From: an uncultured virus (IMG/VR IMGVR_UViG_3300049828_000286)
Lineage: Duplodnaviria; Heunggongvirae; Uroviricota; Caudoviricetes
Length of the DNA stretch: 20,000 bases
Reading direction: 5' to 3' (one strand)
IMG/VR virus record: IMGVR_UViG_3300049828_000286
Shown here: piece by piece, positions 8,673-15,832 of the stretch
How positions within the stretch are numbered: the first letter of the stretch is position 1
Layout: every line of letters begins with the position of its first letter
The notes under the pieces: generated by a model
Seen by the model: only the letters and a program-made list of their open reading frames with translations
The model's database searches: none
What the model was told of the DNA's origin: nothing
Position numbers and translations under genes: made by a program

Positions 8673-8988
8673 TTCCTGGTCCAGTAAGACCTTCTGCGAT
8701 GAGCCACGCCTTGTACTGCCAGATGATGCAGTCACGGATGCGCTCCATGGATTCGCCGTCATCGCCAGGACGAAGCAGCGCAAACGACCTACGCTCCCCC
8801 ATGACTGAGTACGTCCGAGCAGGAAAGGTCACTGACAGTTCGCCATTTTGACGCCGGTAGACGGCAAAGCCTACCAGCTTCGAACCTGTCAGGAGGCCAG
8901 CGCTAAAGTGCAGCTCTGCGTCGGCCAGTTTCACAGATGACGAACTGCTACCAGTATCATCAGATCGTATGAACTTAACGGCTGTCAT
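8665..8988 (-). CDS. SpoVG-like protein (paralog 2)
   Basis: KLADAELHF...KLVGFAVYRR...VTFPARTYSVMGERRSFALLRP...IRDCII. Confidence 0.75.
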   Translation of the reverse strand: MTAVKFIRSDDTGSSSSSVKLADAELHFSAGLLTGSKLVGFAVYRRQNGELSVTFPARTYSVMGERRSFALLRPGDDGESMERIRDCIIWQYKAWLIAEGLTGPGNT

Positions 8989-9160
8989 CGCTGTACTCTT
9001 GCCAGCAATTCACCCACTCATCGTCAGTGGGGTCGAGGATCAGGCTGTCGGCGCTGTACTTCACGAACTCGCGTTCGCCAGAGTGTACCGACTCCAGGAT
9101 CACGCCCTCTCCTTCATCACTCACGACCACGTACTGTCGGTTCTTGAAGACGGCTTTCAT
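8975..9160 (-). CDS. small hypothetical protein (LILDPTDDEW)
   Basis: GGAG RBS; coupled. Confidence 0.65.
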   Translation of the reverse strand: MKAVFKNRQYVVVSDEGEGVILESVHSGEREFVKYSADSLILDPTDDEWVNCWQEYSDDSR

Positions 9161-9321
9161 CCATCCACTCCCGCCTCGAGATCATCCAGGCGATCTGCCA
9201 ATTGCTGAATCACTTCGACCAGCGTGGCATAGAGAACATCTTGATCCATCTCACGACGCCAGCTGTCTATCAGCATTTGCATCGACTTAATGGCATCGTC
9301 ATCAGGTTCAGTGTCTGACAT
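9157..9321 (-). CDS. 54 aa acidic helical protein MSDTEPDDDAIKSMQ...
   Basis: Own translation; AAGGAG RBS; ATGA overlap with next gene. Confidence 0.6.
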   Translation of the reverse strand: MSDTEPDDDAIKSMQMLIDSWRREMDQDVLYATLVEVIQQLADRLDDLEAGVDG

Positions 9322-9330
9322 CAACGCTCC

Positions 9331-9594
9331 TTAACAGTAGGGACCGTGTGGCTTGAGTGCCATCTTTTCAGGGTGCTCAGCGTCCAGGACATCCTGTAGC
9401 AACCTGGCCCGGTAGACAAACCTGGCTCTGTCATTCTGGCCATCTTCCAGCAGGTCACTCTCGAGAATCTTGAGGGCCTGGAGCGGTTGATGTGCCAACG
9501 TGATCAGATTGTCCTCGTGCTGCAGCTTGTTCGCCTGGTATTCCTTGTCAGGAATGGCCAGGTACTGCGCGGACACAACGGCCAGTTCGCTCAT
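9331..9594 (-). CDS. hypothetical protein
   Basis: Start MSELAVV overlaps upstream stop. Confidence 0.65.
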   Translation of the reverse strand: MSELAVVSAQYLAIPDKEYQANKLQHEDNLITLAHQPLQALKILESDLLEDGQNDRARFVYRARLLQDVLDAEHPEKMALKPHGPYC

Positions 9595-9908
9595 GATATC
9601 GCCACTCCAAATGGCACTTCTTCCACGCGGTACTCTGTTTCGCCGTAATGGTAACTCACGCCAGTATCGTAGGGATTGGCGGCGACATACTTGTCTACGG
9701 CCATCCAGTCTGGGTCGTCGTCGTCTGGCTTGTTGTCCATGTACTCCTGACACTTGTCTCGATAGGCCATGGCCGGTTCGTGTGCGCCGAATGCCATTAC
9801 GACCCATTCCGTCTTATCTGAGTAGTTGCCTTGCTTACCGATGACTACATAGATCTTGCCAACGATAGACGCTGCGACAAGCTCCTTTGCCATGATGTCA
9901 GCGGTCAT
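9591..9908 (-). CDS. hypothetical protein, tandem paralog A1
   Basis: Similar along its length to 9905-10222. Confidence 0.75.
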   Translation of the reverse strand: MTADIMAKELVAASIVGKIYVVIGKQGNYSDKTEWVVMAFGAHEPAMAYRDKCQEYMDNKPDDDDPDWMAVDKYVAANPYDTGVSYHYGETEYRVEEVPFGVAIS

Positions 9909-10222
9909 ATGTCTTTTGCCAGGATAACCTCTTCGACCCAGAACAAATTGGCCGTTTCGCCAGGGTCATGCGGATTCTGCTGAAGGTACTTCATTCTGGC
10001 TAATATGCCGCTACCCGTATGATCGTCGCCTCTCACTGGACACGCTGACGCGTATGTCTGTGCCGCGACAGCCATGCGTTCAGCATCGTCCTTGTTGGCA
10101 AATGCCACGATTGGGCGCTCGTTGTTATATTCGTGAGGACTTTCCTCGCAGGCCCTGACCACATACATCTTGCCAAGGATGGCCATAGCCACGAGCGACT
10201 TCGACAGCTCGTTATCAGCCAC
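9905..10222 (-). CDS. hypothetical protein, tandem paralog A2
   Basis: LVA..I.GK.YVV, AF, Y...NP.D.G, VEEV shared with 9591-9908. Confidence 0.75.
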   Translation of the reverse strand: MADNELSKSLVAMAILGKMYVVRACEESPHEYNNERPIVAFANKDDAERMAVAAQTYASACPVRGDDHTGSGILARMKYLQQNPHDPGETANLFWVEEVILAKDI

Positions 10223-10526
10223 AGCGCACGTTGTACTTGGTCCGCAGATCGTTCGCGATCTTCGTCGCTTCTGCCCTCAGTGCCGCAGCGATAGCCTGCT
10301 GGATACCAGGCGTCTCCTCAGCACGAATGCTATTGGTGCTGAAATTGCTTGGCCTTCCAACGGCCTCCAAGTATGGCATATTGGCCACAGTCAGGAAGTC
10401 CTTGCGCCGCTTGAGCAGTGCATTGATGTCCGCGATGTCCTTCTCTGTTAGTTCTTTCAACCCAGCAGCCGCACACTTTGTCGGAGTACAGAGCTGGCCC
10501 CAACTTCCACACTGGCAGATCCACAT
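10215..10526 (-). CDS. hypothetical protein with N-terminal Cys cluster (WICQCG...C...C)
   Basis: AGGAG RBS. Confidence 0.65.
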   Translation of the reverse strand: MWICQCGSWGQLCTPTKCAAAGLKELTEKDIADINALLKRRKDFLTVANMPYLEAVGRPSNFSTNSIRAEETPGIQQAIAAALRAEATKIANDLRTKYNVRCG

Positions 10527-10535
10527 CGTGTTCTC

Positions 10536-11006
10536 CTAGCCGAAGATCAGTTCGCCAAAGATGGCCATCTGCAGGATGCAGTCATAGCCGTTGGCATCGA
10601 TGTCCCACTCGCCTTCACCGATGTACGAGTACTCTGAAAGTTGGCCGTTCTTGGTCACAAGGGTAGCCAGGCCAGCTGCGAAGTGTTCCTGCGTGACCTC
10701 GACGACAGGAGCCCTCATGGGGTCCATGCCATTGAAGCCCTTCCATCCAACAACCGGAAGCTTCAACTTGGCAGCTGATTCCTGCTGTGCTATTGGCAAT
10801 CCAGGGTCGTTGTCGTCACTGAAGCCCTGAATGCTGTACTCGCCTTCCTCGTCTGTGACGGCCACGAGGATAGCTAGTACATGGCCTCTATCGTCTCGCT
10901 TGGTACCGACCCGAGCGAACCAGCTATAGCTGGCATCCGTCGATCCGTCCAGATGGATCGCGATGTCATCAAACGGCACCGTGATAGGGACGAGATGCTT
11001 GGTCAT
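10536..11006 (-). CDS. conserved phage protein (C-terminal DIDA...D.ILQ.AIFGELIFG)
   Basis: C-terminal signature recalled from phage/MGE proteins; AAGGA RBS before MTKHLV. Confidence 0.75.
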   Translation of the reverse strand: MTKHLVPITVPFDDIAIHLDGSTDASYSWFARVGTKRDDRGHVLAILVAVTDEEGEYSIQGFSDDNDPGLPIAQQESAAKLKLPVVGWKGFNGMDPMRAPVVEVTQEHFAAGLATLVTKNGQLSEYSYIGEGEWDIDANGYDCILQMAIFGELIFG

Positions 11007-11152
11007 CAGATATCCTTTACCGTGAACGTGCCAGCCGCCATCCCTGACATCAGTCGGACCAGGCCGAGCATCTGCCAGTGATTGAGGTCTGTCGTGACGA
11101 GTAGCGTGCGTACTTCTCCACTGGCCTGTACCCACGTGATTTCGTATGTCAT
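11006..11152 (-). CDS. 48 aa protein MTYEITWVQASGEVRT...
   Basis: Own translation; TGATG overlap with next gene. Confidence 0.55.
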   Translation of the reverse strand: MTYEITWVQASGEVRTLLVTTDLNHWQMLGLVRLMSGMAAGTFTVKDI

Positions 11153-11174
11153 CGTACCATTGCTTTCTGTGTAC

Positions 11175-11405
11175 CTATCGACACAGTGCGGCGGCGATTA
11201 GCTCGGCCTCTGTCACAATGTCCAGGCGTTCGTTGTCCGTGAGAGGCGACAGGCTAGCGGCGATACTGTCAGCCGTGGCTTTGTCCATCAGCCTCGCTCG
11301 GTAGTCGCCATAAATGTCGCCGTTATCGCCATAGTATATGTAGCAACCGGCCAATGCCCTTCTACGCAACCTGTCCATGTACGACAACCTGACCGCGTAT
11401 CTCAC
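11175..11405 (-). CDS. hypothetical protein, tandem paralog B1 (ends EAELIAAALCR)
   Basis: Similar layout to 11402-11614 and 11611-11853. Confidence 0.65.
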   Translation of the reverse strand: MRYAVRLSYMDRLRRRALAGCYIYYGDNGDIYGDYRARLMDKATADSIAASLSPLTDNERLDIVTEAELIAAALCR

Positions 11406-11614
11406 TTGGCCAACTGTTCTGCGATGAACTCACGTTCGCTAAGCACTCTCACTCTGTATTGGCAGCGCCAGTACTCAGCACACAGGTTCGCTTGATCAAG
11501 TGGCATGTAGTTTGGTTCATATGTCATTTGCCACCAACTGCCAACCCAGTGCCTTCCGTACCAGACTGGACGAATCATCCCGTCTGATACCCTTATCTCA
11601 ACTAGCCATCTCAT
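11402..11614 (-). CDS. hypothetical protein, tandem paralog B2 (ends LSEREFIAEQLAK)
   Basis: 3' 30 nt nearly identical to those of 11611-11853. Confidence 0.7.
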   Translation of the reverse strand: MRWLVEIRVSDGMIRPVWYGRHWVGSWWQMTYEPNYMPLDQANLCAEYWRCQYRVRVLSEREFIAEQLAK

Positions 11615-11853
11615 TTGGCCAACTGTTCTGCGATGAACTCCTTCTCGCTGAGGATGCTGACATGACTGTTCGGCTTGGTTTGCCAGTAGGACTCGACCTT
11701 CCAGGCAGAATCAAGGTCCATGAACCAGGCCTTGTCGTCATACCAGCAAAACGATGTACCAGGCTTGATGTAGCCGTAGTACACCCTGATGGTCTTGCGT
11801 GCTGATCTGATGTCATACAGACCAGACTCGATCTGGACCACGTACCGGCTCAT
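11611..11853 (-). CDS. hypothetical protein, tandem paralog B3 (ends LSEKEFIAEQLAK)
   Basis: Coupled ORF with paralogous C-terminus. Confidence 0.7.
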   Translation of the reverse strand: MSRYVVQIESGLYDIRSARKTIRVYYGYIKPGTSFCWYDDKAWFMDLDSAWKVESYWQTKPNSHVSILSEKEFIAEQLAK

Positions 11854-12374
11854 GACAGGTTATGCCCCTTGACCAGTTTATCGATCTCGAGCTGGGCCTC
11901 ATCGTGCTCCTGCTCGGTGATCTTCTTACTCAGGAACAAGACGAGCAGCTTGATGCGGGCCTTGAGGATATCCTTCCTTGCCCACTTATCCTCGAGTTCC
12001 TGATCGTACTGTTCTCGACCACGCCATACGACCTCGGTTATTGGCACACCGTTGTCTTTGGCGAACTGTCGCATCTGCTCAGTCTTACCTTGACTGGCTG
12101 GACATTCCGGCGCGGGCTGGTCAGGCTCAGGCTTGAAGTCATGACGAGACATCATAGCTGTAAGGTCGTCGCGGAAGTGCTGAACTTTGGCCACACTGAC
12201 AGCCGCGAGCTCGTTAATCAAGGACTTGAGCTCACATTTGATGTGGTGTTTGCCTGACTGCATGTAGCAACTTGGACAGCATTTATGGCCGTTGCCATTC
12301 CTGCCAGACCATTCCAGCCGCGACAGCATCTCGTGACATCTGGACAGGAGATCATCGGTGTACGTCAGGCTCAT
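11850..12374 (-). CDS. hypothetical protein with CPSC...H..C putative zinc site
   Basis: LEWSG...CCPSC...HHIKC; AAGGAG RBS. Confidence 0.7.
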   Translation of the reverse strand: MSLTYTDDLLSRCHEMLSRLEWSGRNGNGHKCCPSCYMQSGKHHIKCELKSLINELAAVSVAKVQHFRDDLTAMMSRHDFKPEPDQPAPECPASQGKTEQMRQFAKDNGVPITEVVWRGREQYDQELEDKWARKDILKARIKLLVLFLSKKITEQEHDEAQLEIDKLVKGHNLS

Positions 12375-12586
12375 TGCCACTCCTTTGCCAGTTCAGCGAA
12401 CATCGCTGGCAACTTGGCATCCTCGTAGAACGGGCACATTGGGCCGGTTGCATCGAAGCACAGTTTGTCTGCGATCAGCGGGTCGACGTCGAACAAGGTG
12501 TTCACGTAGGCCTGGCCTGGGCGTTGACCCTTGGCCATCTTGTCGCCCGACTCTCGGTGCAGTCTTTGCCACTTGTCGGCTACCAC
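12371..12586 (-). CDS. conserved phage hypothetical protein (QRPGQAYVN.L...PFY.D)
   Basis: Recalled phage motif; GTG start after AAGGA. Confidence 0.65.
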   Translation of the reverse strand: MVADKWQRLHRESGDKMAKGQRPGQAYVNTLFDVDPLIADKLCFDATGPMCPFYEDAKLPAMFAELAKEWQ

Positions 12587-12771
12587 AGCCTGTCCTTTCC
12601 TGCGAAGAACCGCACGGACAGCGCGATCATTAGAATCCAGCTGCCTAGAAGCAGCGCGATCAGCCCTGCCAGGAGCTGGCCACGTTCCATCGCATCCACC
12701 GCCAGCACGACCACGCCATACAGAATGCACATGCATCCTGAGTATGTCAAGCCGTAAAATATTGGCCTCAT
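12580..12771 (-). CDS. small membrane protein, two predicted TM helices
   Basis: Two long hydrophobic stretches. Confidence 0.65.
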   Translation of the reverse strand: MRPIFYGLTYSGCMCILYGVVVLAVDAMERGQLLAGLIALLLGSWILMIALSVRFFAGKDRLW

Positions 12772-13082
12772 GACAGCTCTTCGACGTCGAACGTGACAGG
12801 CAACAGCGACCTGATCTGGTCAAAGTTCGGAGTGCTGTTGTTCATCTGCCGGTCGAACAGAGTGATCAGATCCGCCGCCTTCTGTGGCAGCTGGACCTCG
12901 ACAGTGTGGCCGTTCTCATTTCGCCATGCTTTGGCAAAGCCCACGCTGTGCGCTTTGCCAGTGTTGGCGTTGAGCGCAACGGCCAAGAGGCACGTGTTGC
13001 ATACGGAATGCCTGTCGTAGCCAGCGATGGCGGCGTCCAGGTGTTTACTGGTGACGGTGATAGTGGTCGTGTGTTCGTCCAT
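12768..13082 (-). CDS. hypothetical protein (C..C.LA.AL)
   Basis: Start MDEHTT downstream of a sigma70-like promoter. Confidence 0.7.
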   Translation of the reverse strand: MDEHTTTITVTSKHLDAAIAGYDRHSVCNTCLLAVALNANTGKAHSVGFAKAWRNENGHTVEVQLPQKAADLITLFDRQMNNSTPNFDQIRSLLPVTFDVEELS

Positions 13083-13101
13083 ATCGGTCTCTCTGTTGCC
13101 C

Positions 13102-13130
13102 ATCATGCACATGTTTCCTGTGCCTGTCAA
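13102..13130 (-). promoter_or_regulatory. sigma70-like promoter TTGACA-17-CATGAT
   Basis: Perfect -35, 17-bp spacer, intergenic. Confidence 0.65.
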
Positions 13131-13136
13131 GGGCAG

Positions 13137-13430
13137 TTATTGGGTGATTTCCAGAAGCAACTCGCCCACGCCGCCCCTGGCCCAGTCGCTTCTGGACCCG
13201 TCAGGCTGGACGAGCACGACAACCGGCTGCACACCATGGCCGTCGTAGAAGGAGGCACTCTTGGAGATGGCGAATCGCCGGCCAGGAAAGGCACGCAGGC
13301 CGAACTCTCCGGGAAAGTTGGCAATGGCGGCTCTGACTTCGCTGTACTGGCCAGTGCCCTCACACTCCGTGCAGACACCTTGGCCACGATGGCCACCTTC
13401 TCCGTTACAGGCAGGGCAAGTAGGAATCAC
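13137..13430 (-). CDS. protein with DnaJ-type CxxCxGxG zinc-finger repeats
   Basis: CPACNGEG and CTECEGTG. Confidence 0.7.
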   Translation of the reverse strand: MIPTCPACNGEGGHRGQGVCTECEGTGQYSEVRAAIANFPGEFGLRAFPGRRFAISKSASFYDGHGVQPVVVLVQPDGSRSDWARGGVGELLLEITQ

Positions 13431-13618
13431 TGCTGTGCCACCAATCGGCCGTTCAGGAAGCCCCAGGTTCGGCCAGTTTTGACCAACTGACTCGCGACCA
13501 GTTCACCCACTGGCGTCTTGAGCACCGGCACCATGACCACCTTGTGCAGGCGGTTGTCCAGGTTGGCCTCGACGTTGTTGTACTGAATCCACTGGCGGCG
13601 AGTTGCAATGCGCTTCAT
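13427..13618 (-). CDS. small hypothetical protein
   Basis: AAGGAG RBS; internal ELVASQLVK. Confidence 0.65.
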   Translation of the reverse strand: MKRIATRRQWIQYNNVEANLDNRLHKVVMVPVLKTPVGELVASQLVKTGRTWGFLNGRLVAQQ

Positions 13619-13668
13619 GTCACGCTCTCCTTGGCCAGCAAGCCATCGTCAGGCTCCGATTAGCTGGC

Positions 13669-13719
13669 GTTACGGAACAATTCCCAAGCTGCCCGGTGAC
13701 AGCCTGGGATTTCGGCAAC
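13669..13719 (-). other. long intergenic RNA hairpin (possible RNase III processing site)
   Basis: TCCCAGGCTG/CAGCTTGGGA inner stem plus outer stem; G-U pairs valid on the minus strand; no U-tract. Confidence 0.5.
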
Positions 13720-13904
13720 TAGGCCGAGACCGGCTCGCTGAAGAAGTCGACCCGCTTGATGCTGGGCAGGCTGAGCCGGAGGTTCTTCTGAACCTTCAGC
13801 ATGACGTCCGAGCTGTTCCGCAGGCGGCGGAACACGTTCTCCTTACGGCCATCCTGGTAGGTGACGACGAACTTGACGACGATGGTGTTGGGAATGGTGC
13901 TCAT
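13719..13904 (-). CDS. small basic hypothetical protein
   Basis: AAGGAG RBS. Confidence 0.7.
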   Translation of the reverse strand: MSTIPNTIVVKFVVTYQDGRKENVFRRLRNSSDVMLKVQKNLRLSLPSIKRVDFFSEPVSA

Positions 13905-13940
13905 GATACGTATGCTCCTTGTGTACGGGTGGACGTGAGA

Positions 13941-14147
13941 CTACTTGACCGCGACGACGTAGCCGTTCTTGACTTCGACGCTGGCGTACCAGCTGTGAGG
14001 GGCCGGGTAGTGTGGACCTTCCACTGATTCACGGCCATTCTGGTTGCAGGCGAAAGGGCCAGGAGAGAAGATGCTGACGATCTTGCCAGCGGCCACGGCG
14101 TCCTTGAGGGCCTTCTTGGTCTTGAAGTTGGGGCTGACGTAGGCCAT
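13941..14147 (-). CDS. conserved phage protein (NFKTKKALK...VEGPHYP.PH.WYA)
   Basis: Recalled phage family; GAGG RBS before MAYVSP. Confidence 0.75.
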   Translation of the reverse strand: MAYVSPNFKTKKALKDAVAAGKIVSIFSPGPFACNQNGRESVEGPHYPAPHSWYASVEVKNGYVVAVK

Positions 14148-14157
14148 GTGTGCCTCT

Positions 14158-14448
14158 CTACTCGTAATGCGGTCTCTCTGATGGGAACGTCGCGGCCGGA
14201 TGATCCTGGACGTAGATCTCGAGGTTGTCCTCGCCGAGGACACTGAAGCGAGTCCGGTTGTTCTCGTAGGCGGGACCGAAGATGGCCTTCAACTTCTCCT
14301 TGGCCGCCTTGATTTCGTCCTTGTTGTCCTCGACCAGGATGGAACCGAGTGGCCGGCCGAAGTCATACCACCAGCCGCCTTCTTCAGGGCCACCGTAGGC
14401 CCGGTTGACCTCGTAGGCGTTGACGTGCTTGTACTTGTCAGTGGACAT
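14158..14448 (-). CDS. conserved phage protein (YGGPEEGGWWY motif)
   Basis: Recalled motif; AAGGAG RBS. Confidence 0.78.
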   Translation of the reverse strand: MSTDKYKHVNAYEVNRAYGGPEEGGWWYDFGRPLGSILVEDNKDEIKAAKEKLKAIFGPAYENNRTRFSVLGEDNLEIYVQDHPAATFPSERPHYE

Positions 14449-14456
14449 GCTGCTCC

Positions 14457-14768
14457 TTACCAGTGATTCTCTGGGTAGAACTCTTCGCCCAGGTAGGGCG
14501 AGTGGTGGTAGATGACGTCGTTCTCTGTCAGCGTGACGGCTCGCATCGGCTGGTCGTCATACCAGCCGGCCTCTTCCTCCATCAGCTCGAGGAAGTCCTG
14601 GTACTCGTTGTCGACCTCCTGATCGACTTCGCCCTGCGTTTCGCGCTTCAGTTCCCGCCTCTCGGCCTTAACGCGACCCTTCTTGAAGATCGCGTTTGTC
14701 TTGGCCGTGTTCCTGGAAACGAGACGGGAGTTGTACGAGTGCTCCCAGTGCTTGTAGATGCCCTTCAT
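14457..14768 (-). CDS. hypothetical protein, basic N-half and acidic C-half
   Basis: AGGAG RBS; coupled. Confidence 0.7.
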   Translation of the reverse strand: MKGIYKHWEHSYNSRLVSRNTAKTNAIFKKGRVKAERRELKRETQGEVDQEVDNEYQDFLELMEEEAGWYDDQPMRAVTLTENDVIYHHSPYLGEEFYPENHW

Positions 14769-14932
14769 GCTCGCTGGTTCTCCTGGTTCGCTGGGTAGAT
14801 GTCGCCACCATGCTTCTTGGCGAGTTCACTGGCCAGTTCGTACTGGTAGGCATTGGCCACCTTCTCCAGGCCAAACCCGTGACTTCCCAGATACTGACCA
14901 GACTTGACGACGTAATACAGTTGGACCTTCAT
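14765..14932 (-). CDS. small hypothetical protein
   Basis: Start MKVQLY after GGA. Confidence 0.6.
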   Translation of the reverse strand: MKVQLYYVVKSGQYLGSHGFGLEKVANAYQYELASELAKKHGGDIYPANQENQRA

Positions 14933-15047
14933 GTCAGTCCATGTCCCAGAGTGGCTTCGTGGTGCGGAGATGCGTTGCCACTTTCTGAGCCACAGAGACA
15001 GGCTCAACTGGCTTGTTCGTTGGTTCCGTGTTCTTGTCCATTGCAGA

Positions 15048-15072
15048 ATGTCAGACTGGCACAGTGTGCCGG
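15048..15072. repeat. palindromic element copy 3 (GGCACA-G-TGTGCC)
   Basis: Directly after the TAG of 15073-15246; 25 bp identical to copy 2. Confidence 0.8.
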
Positions 15073-15246
15073 CTACTCGACGATGTACATGTGGCCGTAG
15101 TTGTCGATGAACCAGATGCCATCGATGAACTTGACTGAGTTCGCCGCCAACATCAGAAACGCCACGCCACGCCAGGTCGGCTTGACATGAGTTGACTTCT
15201 TGCTGTGCAGGTCCACCGACGTCAGTTCACAACGGTTGCTGCCCAT
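15073..15246 (-). CDS. 57 aa protein MGSNRCELTSVDLH...
   Basis: Own translation; AGGAG RBS. Confidence 0.65.
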   Translation of the reverse strand: MGSNRCELTSVDLHSKKSTHVKPTWRGVAFLMLAANSVKFIDGIWFIDNYGHMYIVE

Positions 15247-15273
15247 AGCTCTCTTCTCCTAGAGTGGCGGTAT

Positions 15274-15327
15274 GCAACTCCATAAGGCACATAAACGGCG
15301 TGGCCGGTTATATGCCCTAGCAATCGC
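15274..15327 (-). other. long intergenic RNA hairpin (possible RNase III processing site)
   Basis: TAGGGCATATAACCGG/CCGTTTATGTGCCTTA gives 15 of 16 pairs with G-U on the minus strand, extended by an outer stem. Confidence 0.55.
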
Positions 15328-15746
15328 TACAGCCCGACTGCGACCATCACCGAGTTGATGGTTTCCAGCGACTCCTTCAAGCCGCAGTCTGTGAAGTCTC
15401 GAACCGCCTTGATGGCTTCGATCTTGTTGCCCTTGACCAGGCTGGCATGAATGGCCGAGGCTTCGAACTCACTGAACGGGGAGCAGCACCACCTGCTCTG
15501 ACTGTTCAGGGCCTTCCTGACGGCCTCTGTCGTGAGCAGTGGCTTGCTGGCAGTGGCCAGCTTGTCCCGTAGCAGCTTGCAGTTGATCTTGCGATCCGCC
15601 GCCGTGTTGACCAGTGCGGTCATCAAGGAGCTGCCGTTGTTCTGGTAGTCCAGGATGAACTCGTTGGACTGGTTCTGCTCGTACGCCAGCAGCTGCTCCA
15701 ACAGCTCACGCTGTGGGCAAGTGATGGTGATGGTGATGTCCTTCAT
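15327..15746 (-). CDS. protein with C-terminal ribosomal L7/L12-CTD-like domain
   Basis: GNKIEAIKAVRDFTDCGLKESLETI resembles the L7/L12 KIxVIKxVRxxTGLGLKEAK motif; AAAGG RBS before MKDITI. Confidence 0.7.
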   Translation of the reverse strand: MKDITITITCPQRELLEQLLAYEQNQSNEFILDYQNNGSSLMTALVNTAADRKINCKLLRDKLATASKPLLTTEAVRKALNSQSRWCCSPFSEFEASAIHASLVKGNKIEAIKAVRDFTDCGLKESLETINSVMVAVGL

Positions 15747-15798
15747 AACTGCCTTTCTTGCGCATAGCCGTTTACGCGCAATTATTTCCCTCATTCTT

Positions 15799-15829
15799 GC
15801 GCTTAGGCGGAATTGCCTGATCGCAGTTT
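15799..15829. promoter_or_regulatory. bipartite motif copy 1, GCGCTTARGCGG-N9-ATCGCAGTTT
   Basis: Repeated at 16389-16419 with identical spacing. Confidence 0.55.
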
Positions 15830-15832
15830 TAA

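Noticed and set aside
11..15100. Numerous plus-strand ORFs in the track
   Set aside because: They are antisense shadows of the tightly coupled minus-strand genes, with no recognisable motifs.
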